From: an uncultured Gammaproteobacteria bacterium
Lineage (GTDB): Bacteria > Patescibacteriota > Microgenomatia > UBA10105 > UBA927
NCBI GenBank assembly: GCA_964573695.1
Contig: CAZNKB010000003.1
Span: 36,815 to 100,814 of the forward strand
Length of the DNA stretch: 64,000 bases
Reading direction: 5' to 3'
Shown: piece after piece, positions 11,266 to 20,914 of the stretch
Numbering within the stretch: position 1 is the stretch's first letter
Layout of the letters: each line of letters opens with the position of its first letter
Program-made: the position numbers and the translations under genes
The notes under the pieces: model-generated
What the model saw: only the letters and a program-made list of their open reading frames with translations
Database searches by the model: none
Told to the model about the DNA's origin: nothing

Positions 11266-14200
11266 ATGATAAAACGACGCAGTACAAAGATATGGAAAAA
11301 ATCGCTCGCAATCCTTCTTTGCGCGCTCATACTCGTTGTCGGCATTCGACTCATATGGTTTAGACCGGAACAAATTGAGGCCGCCTGGTACAACGATACC
11401 TGGGGATTTCGGGTAAAACTCACGATCGATCATACGAAAGTTGCTGCAGACCAGACAGATTTTCCTGTCTACGTGGATCTGTCAAAACTACCTGCAATCT
11501 TTCATGCTCATGTCAATCAGACCGATGGACGAGATATTCGCGTTACCACAGCCAATGGATCGACTGAACTACCTCGCGAAGTGGTCTTTTATGATGCAAC
11601 GTCAAACAAAGGCGAATTACATTTTAAATACACAGGAACACTTTCATCATCAACAGACACAAGCGTTTATATCTATTTTGGAAATGCAGGTGCAAGCGAC
11701 TATGCAGCTAGCGACACCTATGGGAAAAATAATGTGTGGGATAGTAGTTTTTCCGGTATACACCATCTCCAAAATAACAGCTTTGCCGATTCTACCTCAG
11801 GGGCACATAACGGCACCAACAATGGCACAACCAACACATCGGGTAAGGCAGGAGATGGACGACTCATTGATGCGAACGGTGAATATTTTTCGGTGCCACT
11901 ATCGGGATATATACATACATCAGTTGGTACGGTAGATTGGTGGTACAAAAATACTGTCTCCTCTGCAAACTTTTTAAGTTTTTGGGGCTCTAATGAGGGA
12001 GACAATCAATTTCAATTTCAACGTAGTACGCTAGACACTAGTCTAGATTTTATTGTCAATTCTAGTGGTGCAAACTGGACCTCTCTAGCAAAAAATGTTT
12101 TTGATGGTTCCTGGCATCATATAGCCGTTGTGTACGATACCACAAATAACACACAGGACTTGTATATTGATAGCGTTGCGCAAACACAAAATATAGAGAA
12201 TCACACAGATATCGATATTTCCACCTACGCCCTCCTTATAGGTGAGAATGGTGCAGGGGGAGGAAACAACGCCAGAGGGGTCATCGATGAATTTAGGGTA
12301 TCAAATAATCTTAAACGGAGCAGCACATGGATCACGACCGAATACAATAATCAAAGTAGTCCCACCACGTTTTTTACCACAGGGGCAACAGAACAGAGAA
12401 AGTCAGCAGTTCTCAATCTGGCCTTTGACGAAGGGTACGGAACAACCGTCAATGATTCTTCATCCAATGGATATACTGGCACCCTCAGTGGCGCTACAAC
12501 GCCTTCCTGGCAATCTGAAAGTCAATGTATTTCCGGCAAATGCCTCTATTATCAAGGCTCCACTGCCTATACAAGCATTGGAACATCGGTGCCAAACGTT
12601 CAGTCTGTTTCGTTTTGGGTAAAGCCGAAGACAAACGCAGAAACACTCGTGGATTTTGACGGTGGCACACATTATATTTCTGCGTCAGCTGGCACCATTA
12701 CCGCCACCGGCTTTTCATCCTCTACTATTTACGTAAATGGAAAATCAGGAAATACATTAACTGCTAACGCATGGCAGCACATAGAAGTCACGACCGCCAC
12801 AGCGTTTACCGCCTCAGCGATAACCATTGGCAAACAATCCACCAATTATCTTAATGGGTTTATTGATGAATTTACGCTGTATGATTATGCCCGATCTTCG
12901 TCTCAAGTAAAACTAGATTTTACATCCAGATCTTCTCGGTCCGGCGTGGGTGCCCGTTTCGGTCCCGATACGGGAAACACGCTTTCCAACGGACTCGTGG
13001 GGTACTGGAAAATGGATGAAGCCGCATGGGGTACGCCAAATTGCTCAACGGACGTTACCATGGATTCATCTGGCAATGGAGCAAACGGCGACGCATGTCC
13101 TACTTCAACTGGACCAGTCGGGGGAAATGTGGGCAAATTCGGAAAAGCAGTAGCCTTTGATGGAAGTGACGACTATATCCCTATCAACGGGTCTACTGTA
13201 TATGCAACAATGAATTCTCCATTTAGTGCAAGCGCATGGGTTAATTTAACTGACTTTAGCACATCAAATTATCCAGTTGTTATCGCTTTGCGAAGCGATG
13301 ATACCGACCCATGGTTTATTATTTTGTCCAATCAAACTAACTTCTTAGGAGTCAGTATTGGAAATGATAACTCATTCGCAGGGATAAAAACTGACACTCC
13401 GACGGCGAGTTTAACCGGCGCGTGGCATCATATAGCTGTTTCATATAATGGTCAAGGCTCGGGAGCCATGACCAACTTCAAAATATATCTTGATGGACAA
13501 CTACAAACAAACATCGCGTCTGGAACCTATGCGAGTCACTCACAAACCACGTCCATTGGGTATAACGGCGGAGGAAATCGTTGGTACGGATCTATCGATG
13601 AGGTACGCGTGTACAACAGAGCCCTCTCCACATCAGACGTGAATCAGTTATACAATTGGGCTCCAGGACCAATCGGATATTGGAAAATGGACGAAAACAC
13701 GGGAACAACGATTTACGACACGAGCGGAAACGGATATAACGGCACATTTCAGGATAGCCTAACAAAAGCAGATTGGAAAAATGGAAAATACGGCTCTGCC
13801 GTCTCATTTGTAGGCGCAAACAAATCTATTTTGGCTCTACATAGTACCGGATTTGATTTTGGAACATCTACAAAGTTTACCGTGGGAACATGGGTTAAAG
13901 TAACGGCCGATACCGGATCTCAACAATCATTAATTAATCCAACTGGCGTTGTATCAGCAGGCTTTGAATTATACACGGGAAGTGACGGTAAACTTCGTGC
14001 AGCTATCGGAAGCGGCACATATTGTTCCATACGGAATACTGGCGTGACCCTTGAAGACAACAATTGGCATTATGTCGAAGCAGTATTTAACAGGGGGTCC
14101 GGTTGCACAACAGCAAGCACACAAATATATATTGACGGCAAGCTAGAACCAACTTCAGTTGCGGACAGTAGCGGCGGTGCCGACGCAAACATAGACATGG

Positions 14201-16464
14201 GTGGAATCAAATTCACGTCATCGTCCACGAACGACTCTGTTGTTTTGGACAATGTTATTATATATAACTACGCCCGTACGCCGGGTCAAATTATAGAAGA
14301 TATGAACGCCGGGCATCCGGCTCCCGGCTCCCCCATTGGCTCCTACGTCGCATATTGGAAGTTTGACGAGGGAGCGCTGAATACCTGCTCTGGAGGAACC
14401 AATGACTTTTGCGATTCGAGCGTAAACGCCAATGATCTGGCTGCTCCACCTACTACGACCATACTAACGAACGCCGGAAAATTTGGCAAAGCGTTTAATG
14501 CAAGTGGAGCAGTTTTGGCAACAAGAGCAGATGACAGTGACTTCGATTTTGCCGCGGCTGACGATCTATCCATGAGCATGTGGCTATACGCCAGTGCCGC
14601 CGATAAACCGACTTCCGGCAATGTCCAATATGTCTATACCAAAGGGGGTATTGTCGCTGCCGGGACAGTTGGCTATATTCTCTATACAAACTCTAGTGGT
14701 AATGTTTCCTTTGCCATACGCTCAACCTCAGGCAACTGGGTGGCAACTCCTCCTGCTGAACCCACATCCGACGATAAAGTTACCTCTACTACTGATTTGT
14801 ACGACAGTACATGGCACCATATCGTCGTGACAAAAACGGGAACCTCGCGAATTGATCTTTTTGTAGACGGAAAACTGAACGCGTCCGATACGAGTCTGAC
14901 CGCAACAGGGACGCTAGAGAACGCTGTCACTAGTAGGTTTGCAGATAGAAACGAGACCAACGACGGAGATGAATTTGTCGGAAAAATAGATGAAATGAAA
15001 ATATACCGCTTGGCACTGAATACCGATCAGGTCAAGGTGGAATACAATCATGGCTTCCAAAACCAATTAGGCGCTCTTTCCACCGACGCTTCAAATAATC
15101 CCTCCAATTCCGCCACCGACGAATATTGTCCTCCGGGCCAAGGATCTGATTGCACTGCGCCAGTCGGGCACTGGAAATTAGATGAAAACACTGGCACATC
15201 AACAGTGTACGATTCAAGTGGAAATGGAAGAGACGGCACAATGACAAACATAAGTGAAGATGATTGGGCTACAGGAAAACTCGGGTCAGGTATTAATTTT
15301 GATAACGCAAATGATTATGTCAATATTGCCGACAATGATGCGTTTTCCGCAAATACGACCAATCAACTTACCGTCGAAGCCTGGGTATATCTTGACGCGC
15401 TCGGTATTACCCAAGAAATCGTCAATAAAGGAGCTGCTTCTAACTACGAATGGGCAATCCGGATAAATACTGACGGCAACACACTTGCATACTTATATCA
15501 ATCGGGTGGAGGTACATACATGGTTACACCATTTGCTTTGGCGGCTGCGACCAATACATGGTATCACCTTGCGTTGGTTGCAGATGTAAGCATCCCCTCT
15601 TTAAAATTATTTATTAACGGAAAATTTGCGGCGGAGGATACGACTGCTTCGGGATCGTATACCAACGGCACTGCCGCGGTACGGATTGGTGATCGGGTAG
15701 ACGGTATTACAGATGTGGATGGTACCGTAGATGATGTGCGAATATACAACTACGCCCGCACCCCTGCTCAAATTGCCTGGGACTACAACCGCGGCGGACC
15801 GGTTGGATGGTGGAAATTGGATGAAAACACGGGAACTGCTGCCAATGATTCCATGGGCAATAGTACAGCTGGAACGCTCACCAACACGCCTACGTGGGCA
15901 ACCGGAAAATTGAATCAGGCGATATCATTTGCAGGTAGCAACCAACATGTGTTGATTGGAGATGATCCTGATTTTGATTTTGCCGATGATGAAAACATGA
16001 CCCTCACGGCTTGGTTTAAACACACAACTGCATCCACGCAGGAGGTTATTTTGTCAAAATACGCCGCAGCCGGATATAAAATTATCATGGAATCCGACGG
16101 GGATATAACATGTGGATTAGACTATGACGCTACGTGGACACCAACAGATTCGGTAACTTCAACACTCGCTACCTACGATGATGATAATTGGCACCATATT
16201 GCCTGTATAAAAACTGGTGCAACCAGTTTAGAACTATATATTGACGGTATATTGATAACAACGGATTCATCAATTACAGCGACGAACACACTAACAAATG
16301 CGGATCCAATATATTTAGGAATTGACGCCGATGGCACATCAAATGATTTTACTGGAACAGTAGATGACGTCAGAATCTACAGATATCCACTCACCCCTCA
16401 ACAAATCAAAACCGTTATGGGAGAAAGTGCGGTTCGATTCGGCCCGTTAACTGGGTCGCCGTAA
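11266..16464 (+). CDS. ~1730-aa giant surface protein: N-terminal TM anchor, DUF2341-like domain, then 5-6 LamG/concanavalin-A-like lectin repeats
   Basis: The ATG at 11266 lies immediately after the upstream stop, and a GTG at 11245 is an alternative start. The TM is LAILLCALILVVGIRLIWF. The DUF2341-like segment is WGFRVKLTIDH...DFPVYVDL...DIRV...YIYFGN. Repeated modules carry (Y/W)WK(M/L)DE...G...D.SGNG..G and WHHIA...LYIDG...IDE(F/V)R(V/I)YN motifs. Confidence 0.7.
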   Translation: MIKRRSTKIWKKSLAILLCALILVVGIRLIWFRPEQIEAAWYNDTWGFRVKLTIDHTKVAADQTDFPVYVDLSKLPAIFHAHVNQTDGRDIRVTTANGSTELPREVVFYDATSNKGELHFKYTGTLSSSTDTSVYIYFGNAGASDYAASDTYGKNNVWDSSFSGIHHLQNNSFADSTSGAHNGTNNGTTNTSGKAGDGRLIDANGEYFSVPLSGYIHTSVGTVDWWYKNTVSSANFLSFWGSNEGDNQFQFQRSTLDTSLDFIVNSSGANWTSLAKNVFDGSWHHIAVVYDTTNNTQDLYIDSVAQTQNIENHTDIDISTYALLIGENGAGGGNNARGVIDEFRVSNNLKRSSTWITTEYNNQSSPTTFFTTGATEQRKSAVLNLAFDEGYGTTVNDSSSNGYTGTLSGATTPSWQSESQCISGKCLYYQGSTAYTSIGTSVPNVQSVSFWVKPKTNAETLVDFDGGTHYISASAGTITATGFSSSTIYVNGKSGNTLTANAWQHIEVTTATAFTASAITIGKQSTNYLNGFIDEFTLYDYARSSSQVKLDFTSRSSRSGVGARFGPDTGNTLSNGLVGYWKMDEAAWGTPNCSTDVTMDSSGNGANGDACPTSTGPVGGNVGKFGKAVAFDGSDDYIPINGSTVYATMNSPFSASAWVNLTDFSTSNYPVVIALRSDDTDPWFIILSNQTNFLGVSIGNDNSFAGIKTDTPTASLTGAWHHIAVSYNGQGSGAMTNFKIYLDGQLQTNIASGTYASHSQTTSIGYNGGGNRWYGSIDEVRVYNRALSTSDVNQLYNWAPGPIGYWKMDENTGTTIYDTSGNGYNGTFQDSLTKADWKNGKYGSAVSFVGANKSILALHSTGFDFGTSTKFTVGTWVKVTADTGSQQSLINPTGVVSAGFELYTGSDGKLRAAIGSGTYCSIRNTGVTLEDNNWHYVEAVFNRGSGCTTASTQIYIDGKLEPTSVADSSGGADANIDMGGIKFTSSSTNDSVVLDNVIIYNYARTPGQIIEDMNAGHPAPGSPIGSYVAYWKFDEGALNTCSGGTNDFCDSSVNANDLAAPPTTTILTNAGKFGKAFNASGAVLATRADDSDFDFAAADDLSMSMWLYASAADKPTSGNVQYVYTKGGIVAAGTVGYILYTNSSGNVSFAIRSTSGNWVATPPAEPTSDDKVTSTTDLYDSTWHHIVVTKTGTSRIDLFVDGKLNASDTSLTATGTLENAVTSRFADRNETNDGDEFVGKIDEMKIYRLALNTDQVKVEYNHGFQNQLGALSTDASNNPSNSATDEYCPPGQGSDCTAPVGHWKLDENTGTSTVYDSSGNGRDGTMTNISEDDWATGKLGSGINFDNANDYVNIADNDAFSANTTNQLTVEAWVYLDALGITQEIVNKGAASNYEWAIRINTDGNTLAYLYQSGGGTYMVTPFALAAATNTWYHLALVADVSIPSLKLFINGKFAAEDTTASGSYTNGTAAVRIGDRVDGITDVDGTVDDVRIYNYARTPAQIAWDYNRGGPVGWWKLDENTGTAANDSMGNSTAGTLTNTPTWATGKLNQAISFAGSNQHVLIGDDPDFDFADDENMTLTAWFKHTTASTQEVILSKYAAAGYKIIMESDGDITCGLDYDATWTPTDSVTSTLATYDDDNWHHIACIKTGATSLELYIDGILITTDSSITATNTLTNADPIYLGIDADGTSNDFTGTVDDVRIYRYPLTPQQIKTVMGESAVRFGPLTGSP

Positions 16465-16522
16465 CAATATGGCTAGACATCAACCCAAACATTGAGTATA
16501 GTAGTCCGATAGAAACGGGTAT

Positions 16523-17017
16523 ATGAAACACATAATGAAAATCGTCGCGATAATAATACTCCTCCTTATCAGCGTGGCAGGAGCGGGTGCATCATACTAT
16601 TGGTACAACCGATATCAAACCGTGGTGACCAACCCACAGGCAGGATCCACCGAAGAAATACAAACAATCGTCAAAAAACTCTCCGCGTTCATGGACTTAC
16701 CCAATGAAACTCCCTCTATAGTGACTGTTACAGACCGGGAAAAGCTCCAAAACCAGGAATTTTTCAAAAAAGCAGCTAACGGCGACAAAATTATTATCTA
16801 TGAAGCATCCCGACGGGTCATCCTCTACAGACCTTCAACAAACCGAGTGATTGACGTGGCTCCGCTTGTATTTAATGATGCGACACAAAATTCCCAACAG
16901 CTCATGCCGCAAACCAACCCCACTCCCCTCGTTGAGGCGGACTTACCTTCCACAGGTTCGGCTGATGGAATCACAACGCCAACTGGGGAATATAATAAAT
17001 TTATGCCTACACCTTAG
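16523..17017 (+). CDS. small membrane-anchored hypothetical protein
   Basis: 164-aa ORF with an N-terminal TM (IVAIIILLLISVAGAGASYYWY) and a hydrophilic C-terminal region. Confidence 0.45.
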   Translation: MKHIMKIVAIIILLLISVAGAGASYYWYNRYQTVVTNPQAGSTEEIQTIVKKLSAFMDLPNETPSIVTVTDREKLQNQEFFKKAANGDKIIIYEASRRVILYRPSTNRVIDVAPLVFNDATQNSQQLMPQTNPTPLVEADLPSTGSADGITTPTGEYNKFMPTP

Positions 17018-17044
17018 GAAGGTCTTTGGGTTGCGCCAAACTAG

Positions 17045-17566
17045 CTACTCCGAACACACAGCATAATCCGTGCCGGATAATCCGCTGCACTTCGTACCAC
17101 ATCGCGACCAAGACGCACCGATTTCGCTATCAGATGCGTTTTCAAGAGACGCCTTGAGGCAAAAATCATCCCCTGCGTTTACCTGATAATAAAACATACT
17201 ACTCCCTAATTCTCCGGGGAATTTGGTCATGTACACGGTGTCGCAGCCGGTCGCTCCCGCGGCAAATGCCACCGAACACGTAGCGGGGCAAAGCGTCGAC
17301 GCATTGGATCCGCACCCTGCGATGTAATTAAGTTTACCGACGCCCCCGTTTGCGGCGTCAGGATAGACCTTATAATCATTGTAATACAACTGTAAGGCTG
17401 TCTTAAGTTGATTCAATTCTCCCTTTCGTCTCGCATCACGCGCTCTGCTTCTGGCTCCCAAAAAATTTGGTAACGCCAATCCGATGATAGTGGCAATCAC
17501 CGCAATACTCACAAGCAATTCTATTAACGTAAATGCATCAATATGTTTTTTAGTATTATTTTTCAT
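17045..17566 (-). CDS. type IV pilin/pseudopilin-like protein (class III signal, N-methylation motif)
   Basis: From an internal Met the leader is MKNNTKKHIDA|FTLIELLVSIAVIATIIGLALP (prepilin cleavage / FTLIE motif), followed by ...LQLYYND... Confidence 0.65.
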   Translation of the reverse strand: MKNNTKKHIDAFTLIELLVSIAVIATIIGLALPNFLGARSRARDARRKGELNQLKTALQLYYNDYKVYPDAANGGVGKLNYIAGCGSNASTLCPATCSVAFAAGATGCDTVYMTKFPGELGSSMFYYQVNAGDDFCLKASLENASDSEIGASWSRCGTKCSGLSGTDYAVCSE

Positions 17567-17589
17567 ATATTTATATATATAAGTATATA

Positions 17590-18108
17590 TTAAGGACTCG
17601 CATCTCCGCTTGCTATACCGTAGGTACATTCAATGGTACTATCGGTGCTGCAATTGGTGCCGGTATATCCATTCTGATCCACGCCGTCACCGGCATCGTT
17701 TGTATTTTCTAATTTCGCGTATATTTTAAAATTTGTACCGCTGGTCGATACATAATAATATGTTTGCGTACTTATAGGATCCGAGGGAAGAAGCACCATG
17801 TAGAGTGTACTATACTGATCGCGAAAGGCGCCACCCCAGGAACATGCCTGCGCATCAAGCGCTCCGCATCCCATCATGACACCTGCGGAACCGACCGGGT
17901 ACTGCCCCTTGTCATTATAATAGGCCTCAAGCGCCGTCACCAGACTCCGTAAATCGTTTTTCCGCCGGTTGTCACGGCCTCTTCGCGAACTGGACGCATA
18001 TGAACCAGTCGCGATAGCGACCAAAATACTCATAATCACCATGACGATCAGGAGCTCCATAAGCGTGAAACCTGATTGCTTATTTTTTGACTGCCAAAGA
18101 CGTTTCAT
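17590..18108 (-). CDS. type IV pilin-like protein
   Basis: Leader MKRLWQSKNKQSG|FTLMELLIVMVIMSILVAIATG, followed by ...LEAYYND... Confidence 0.65.
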   Translation of the reverse strand: MKRLWQSKNKQSGFTLMELLIVMVIMSILVAIATGSYASSSRRGRDNRRKNDLRSLVTALEAYYNDKGQYPVGSAGVMMGCGALDAQACSWGGAFRDQYSTLYMVLLPSDPISTQTYYYVSTSGTNFKIYAKLENTNDAGDGVDQNGYTGTNCSTDSTIECTYGIASGDASP

Positions 18109-18125
18109 AATACAAAACCAAAAAC

Positions 18126-18824
18126 TCACTGTGTACACCAATTGCTCGCATCGCCGCATAATCCCAGACAATCGTTTTCTGCCCATGATCTGGGACAACC
18201 AAATGCCGCAGGATCACCGACATTATTACACGTTCCGGGGGCGACAACCTGACCGCCTGAAATAGTGCCAGGTCGACATGCATACGGGCCAGAATACGCC
18301 GGAGTCGGTGTGAGTGTCGGCGTTGGAGTAAGATCAGGGTTAAATCCCGGAGCGGTAACCGTCGTACCGGTAGCCAAGCAATAGTTCCAAAATGCACCCC
18401 AGCCGCATCCAACTTGGGCATCACAACCCAACGTCGTGATATCCGGATCCGACCAATCCTGCAACTTGGCGCAAACCCGATTTCCTATACACAAATTGGT
18501 GTCACTGTCCGGCTGGTACTTATAGGCTTCGTTTGTCGTCGGATCACACGGAATCTTATCGATATACGGAGCTAATCCCGGCCCGTTACAGTTATTAAGA
18601 ATATCCATGGCAGGATAACACCCGTTGTCGTTGTAATATTCTTCATATGCGCGGCGAATATTTGCTATGTCAGCCTTCCGCTGGGCGTCCTGCGCCCGGT
18701 AAATATTCCGTTTCCAGCTTATAAGGAGAAAAATGACAGCAAGTATCGCGATGATCACTACGACGATAAGTAATTCGGCAAGCGTCCAACCGGCTTGAGA
18801 AGATCGTTTGTTGAGAAAACCCAT
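18126..18824 (-). CDS. type IV pilin-like protein with larger Cys-containing C-terminal domain
   Basis: Leader MGFLNKRSSQAG|WTLAELLIVVVIIAILAVIFLL, followed by ...YEEYYNDNGCYP and a C-terminal part with about 10 Cys. The alternative start at 18851 gives a 21-aa leader. Confidence 0.6.
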   Translation of the reverse strand: MGFLNKRSSQAGWTLAELLIVVVIIAILAVIFLLISWKRNIYRAQDAQRKADIANIRRAYEEYYNDNGCYPAMDILNNCNGPGLAPYIDKIPCDPTTNEAYKYQPDSDTNLCIGNRVCAKLQDWSDPDITTLGCDAQVGCGWGAFWNYCLATGTTVTAPGFNPDLTPTPTLTPTPAYSGPYACRPGTISGGQVVAPGTCNNVGDPAAFGCPRSWAENDCLGLCGDASNWCTQ

Positions 18825-18897
18825 GCGGCCTCGGGCAAATAAGCGCTTCATAAGGACAATGCTTATTATAGTATGGCAAAATATTCCCCACAACACA

Positions 18898-20910
18898 ATG
18901 CGACGAAAACCTTATGCTACACTACAGTCACCTATAGCACCCATGAACTGGCTCCTTTTCACTGCAGTTATTTTCAGCTTTTTCTTTCATCAGGAAAGCG
19001 ACGCAGCGGTCTTCATATGGAGTTCTTTTCTCCTGCTTCTTATGATGATTCGGCGAATACACCACATATCCGGATCATCACCCGTTTCCATAACATGGAT
19101 ATGGGTATTTGGGGCTCTTATCCTTACTACTATCACATCGAGGAGTATCGGCGCCTCGCTCATGGCATATATCCGCTACACCCTGGGATTTCTTGTATAT
19201 ATTTATGCGTCACAGTTTGCGCCAACGCATCTGTCGCGTGTCACGAGATGGGCATACCGGTTTTTCAACGCGATCATTCTTCTGTTTCTTTTGTTCCTCG
19301 GCCTCAACGTGTCTATGCCGCAATTCAATATTCTTCCGTTGTATAACGGAATCACCGCCGTTAACGGCCACCACCCGATTGCATACCTTATCGTATTGGG
19401 ATTCCCACTCGTGTATGAAATACACCGGCGTACTCATTCCAAAAAATCCCTTATGTATGTCCTATGTGCGGTCATAGCGCTTGCGTTGAGCGCCTCGCGG
19501 GGAGCAATGCTCCTTATATCCCTTTGGTTGATCGCTGCCGCAGTATCCGATCGTGATTGGAAAAAATACACGCTGCCGGTAGGATTTTTTCTGATTCCGA
19601 TATGTGTCGCACTCTTTGGCATAAGCTGGATATCCGGGTTTTCGTATGAGCAAAAGCTCTCTCTCGCCGGCCGACACCCGGTACTATCGGCATATATCAA
19701 AGAACGTCCTCGAGATGATCTGCGCAGAGAATTTCTCTATCAGGCGATACAAGGAGTAAAGCACTCCCCGATCCTGGGGAATGGCCCGGGAACGTTCGCG
19801 CTCGTTTCCCGGGCGTTTGAACGGCGTCCCGGAGTCTATAGCGCTCACGCACATTCGTATCCGATGCAGCTTTTGTCGGATCAGGGAATCCTCGGAAGCA
19901 TTCCGGTATTTGTCCTCATGGGATTGATCTTTTTTTACTCGCTTACACGTATAAGACATCACAAGGACGCCCATATACGCGCCCTGTCATGGGGAATACT
20001 TTTGTCTCTCATCTACAGTATATTTGAAGGAAACCTAAGTAGCATTGGCATATGGATGCTCTGGTGGGCCACAGTGGGATTTATAACGACAGACAAACCA
20101 AAGGAAAATCGCATCCCGAGAATTAGTTTTGTCCGCGCACAATACATATTCCTTATTATCTTTGTACTAAGTGCCATGCTTTCAACGCTTTTTGTATATA
20201 CCGGCAACATCGGTATGGCTACCCGTGTGGCACCTTACCGCAAAGACCTGGCACTACGTCTGCTTTCGCAGCATTTATCACCGCGGGATATTTCGATTCT
20301 TCGCTTTTTTTACCAGCGCGATCCCGATGTGACATTTGCGCTTGCCACACTCGCAGTAGCACCGCTTGATAATTACTTCAAAGCGACCCGGCTCGATCCA
20401 TATAACTACCGCTACTGGCAGCAGGCCGTATGGAGTTTTTCACAGGAGAAAAATTCAGACGCCCAAATACGCATACTCTGTGATCTCATACAACTTACCC
20501 AACCTTCTCGCCCGTGCCGTATTACACAATCACAAACATTACTCCCCTATCTTACAAGTCCTGACTTCGCAATTCCGGTAAGCTACCTCCATGGCACAGA
20601 CGGGCTTGCAAAGTTCTATTATTATCTCGGACTGACGCTCTTTCGTCAGACGCATGACGCAGAAACTGCAATATATTTTTGGACTCTGGCCCGGGATAAC
20701 GGACAGAATTGGGGATATTATCATCTGGAACTCGCCAGTGCCTACTATTATTGGAAAAACGACCCTTCCGGGGCACAACGCGTATTAGACGACTGCCAAC
20801 AACAATCCCTTGCAAAGCACGGGTGCTCTGCCATGGCACAAACGCCGGATCAGTTATATGTTCCCGGCGTATATGCTAGTGACATAACACTCATCCCTGC
20901 CATACAATAA
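18898..20910 (+). CDS. O-antigen ligase (Wzy_C) family polytopic membrane protein with C-terminal TPR-like region; candidate pilin/protein O-oligosaccharyltransferase
   Basis: About 10 TM helices and the Wzy_C signature ALALSASRGAMLLISLWLI. It is divergent from the pilin trio. The start is ambiguous (18898 or 18943). Confidence 0.6.
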   Translation: MRRKPYATLQSPIAPMNWLLFTAVIFSFFFHQESDAAVFIWSSFLLLLMMIRRIHHISGSSPVSITWIWVFGALILTTITSRSIGASLMAYIRYTLGFLVYIYASQFAPTHLSRVTRWAYRFFNAIILLFLLFLGLNVSMPQFNILPLYNGITAVNGHHPIAYLIVLGFPLVYEIHRRTHSKKSLMYVLCAVIALALSASRGAMLLISLWLIAAAVSDRDWKKYTLPVGFFLIPICVALFGISWISGFSYEQKLSLAGRHPVLSAYIKERPRDDLRREFLYQAIQGVKHSPILGNGPGTFALVSRAFERRPGVYSAHAHSYPMQLLSDQGILGSIPVFVLMGLIFFYSLTRIRHHKDAHIRALSWGILLSLIYSIFEGNLSSIGIWMLWWATVGFITTDKPKENRIPRISFVRAQYIFLIIFVLSAMLSTLFVYTGNIGMATRVAPYRKDLALRLLSQHLSPRDISILRFFYQRDPDVTFALATLAVAPLDNYFKATRLDPYNYRYWQQAVWSFSQEKNSDAQIRILCDLIQLTQPSRPCRITQSQTLLPYLTSPDFAIPVSYLHGTDGLAKFYYYLGLTLFRQTHDAETAIYFWTLARDNGQNWGYYHLELASAYYYWKNDPSGAQRVLDDCQQQSLAKHGCSAMAQTPDQLYVPGVYASDITLIPAIQ

Positions 20911-20914
20911 CCAC

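Noticed and set aside
17018-17044. Short inverted repeat (TTTGG-6-CCAAA) between convergent genes, considered as a bidirectional terminator
   Set aside because: The stem is only 5 bp with no U-tract. It is too weak to call.
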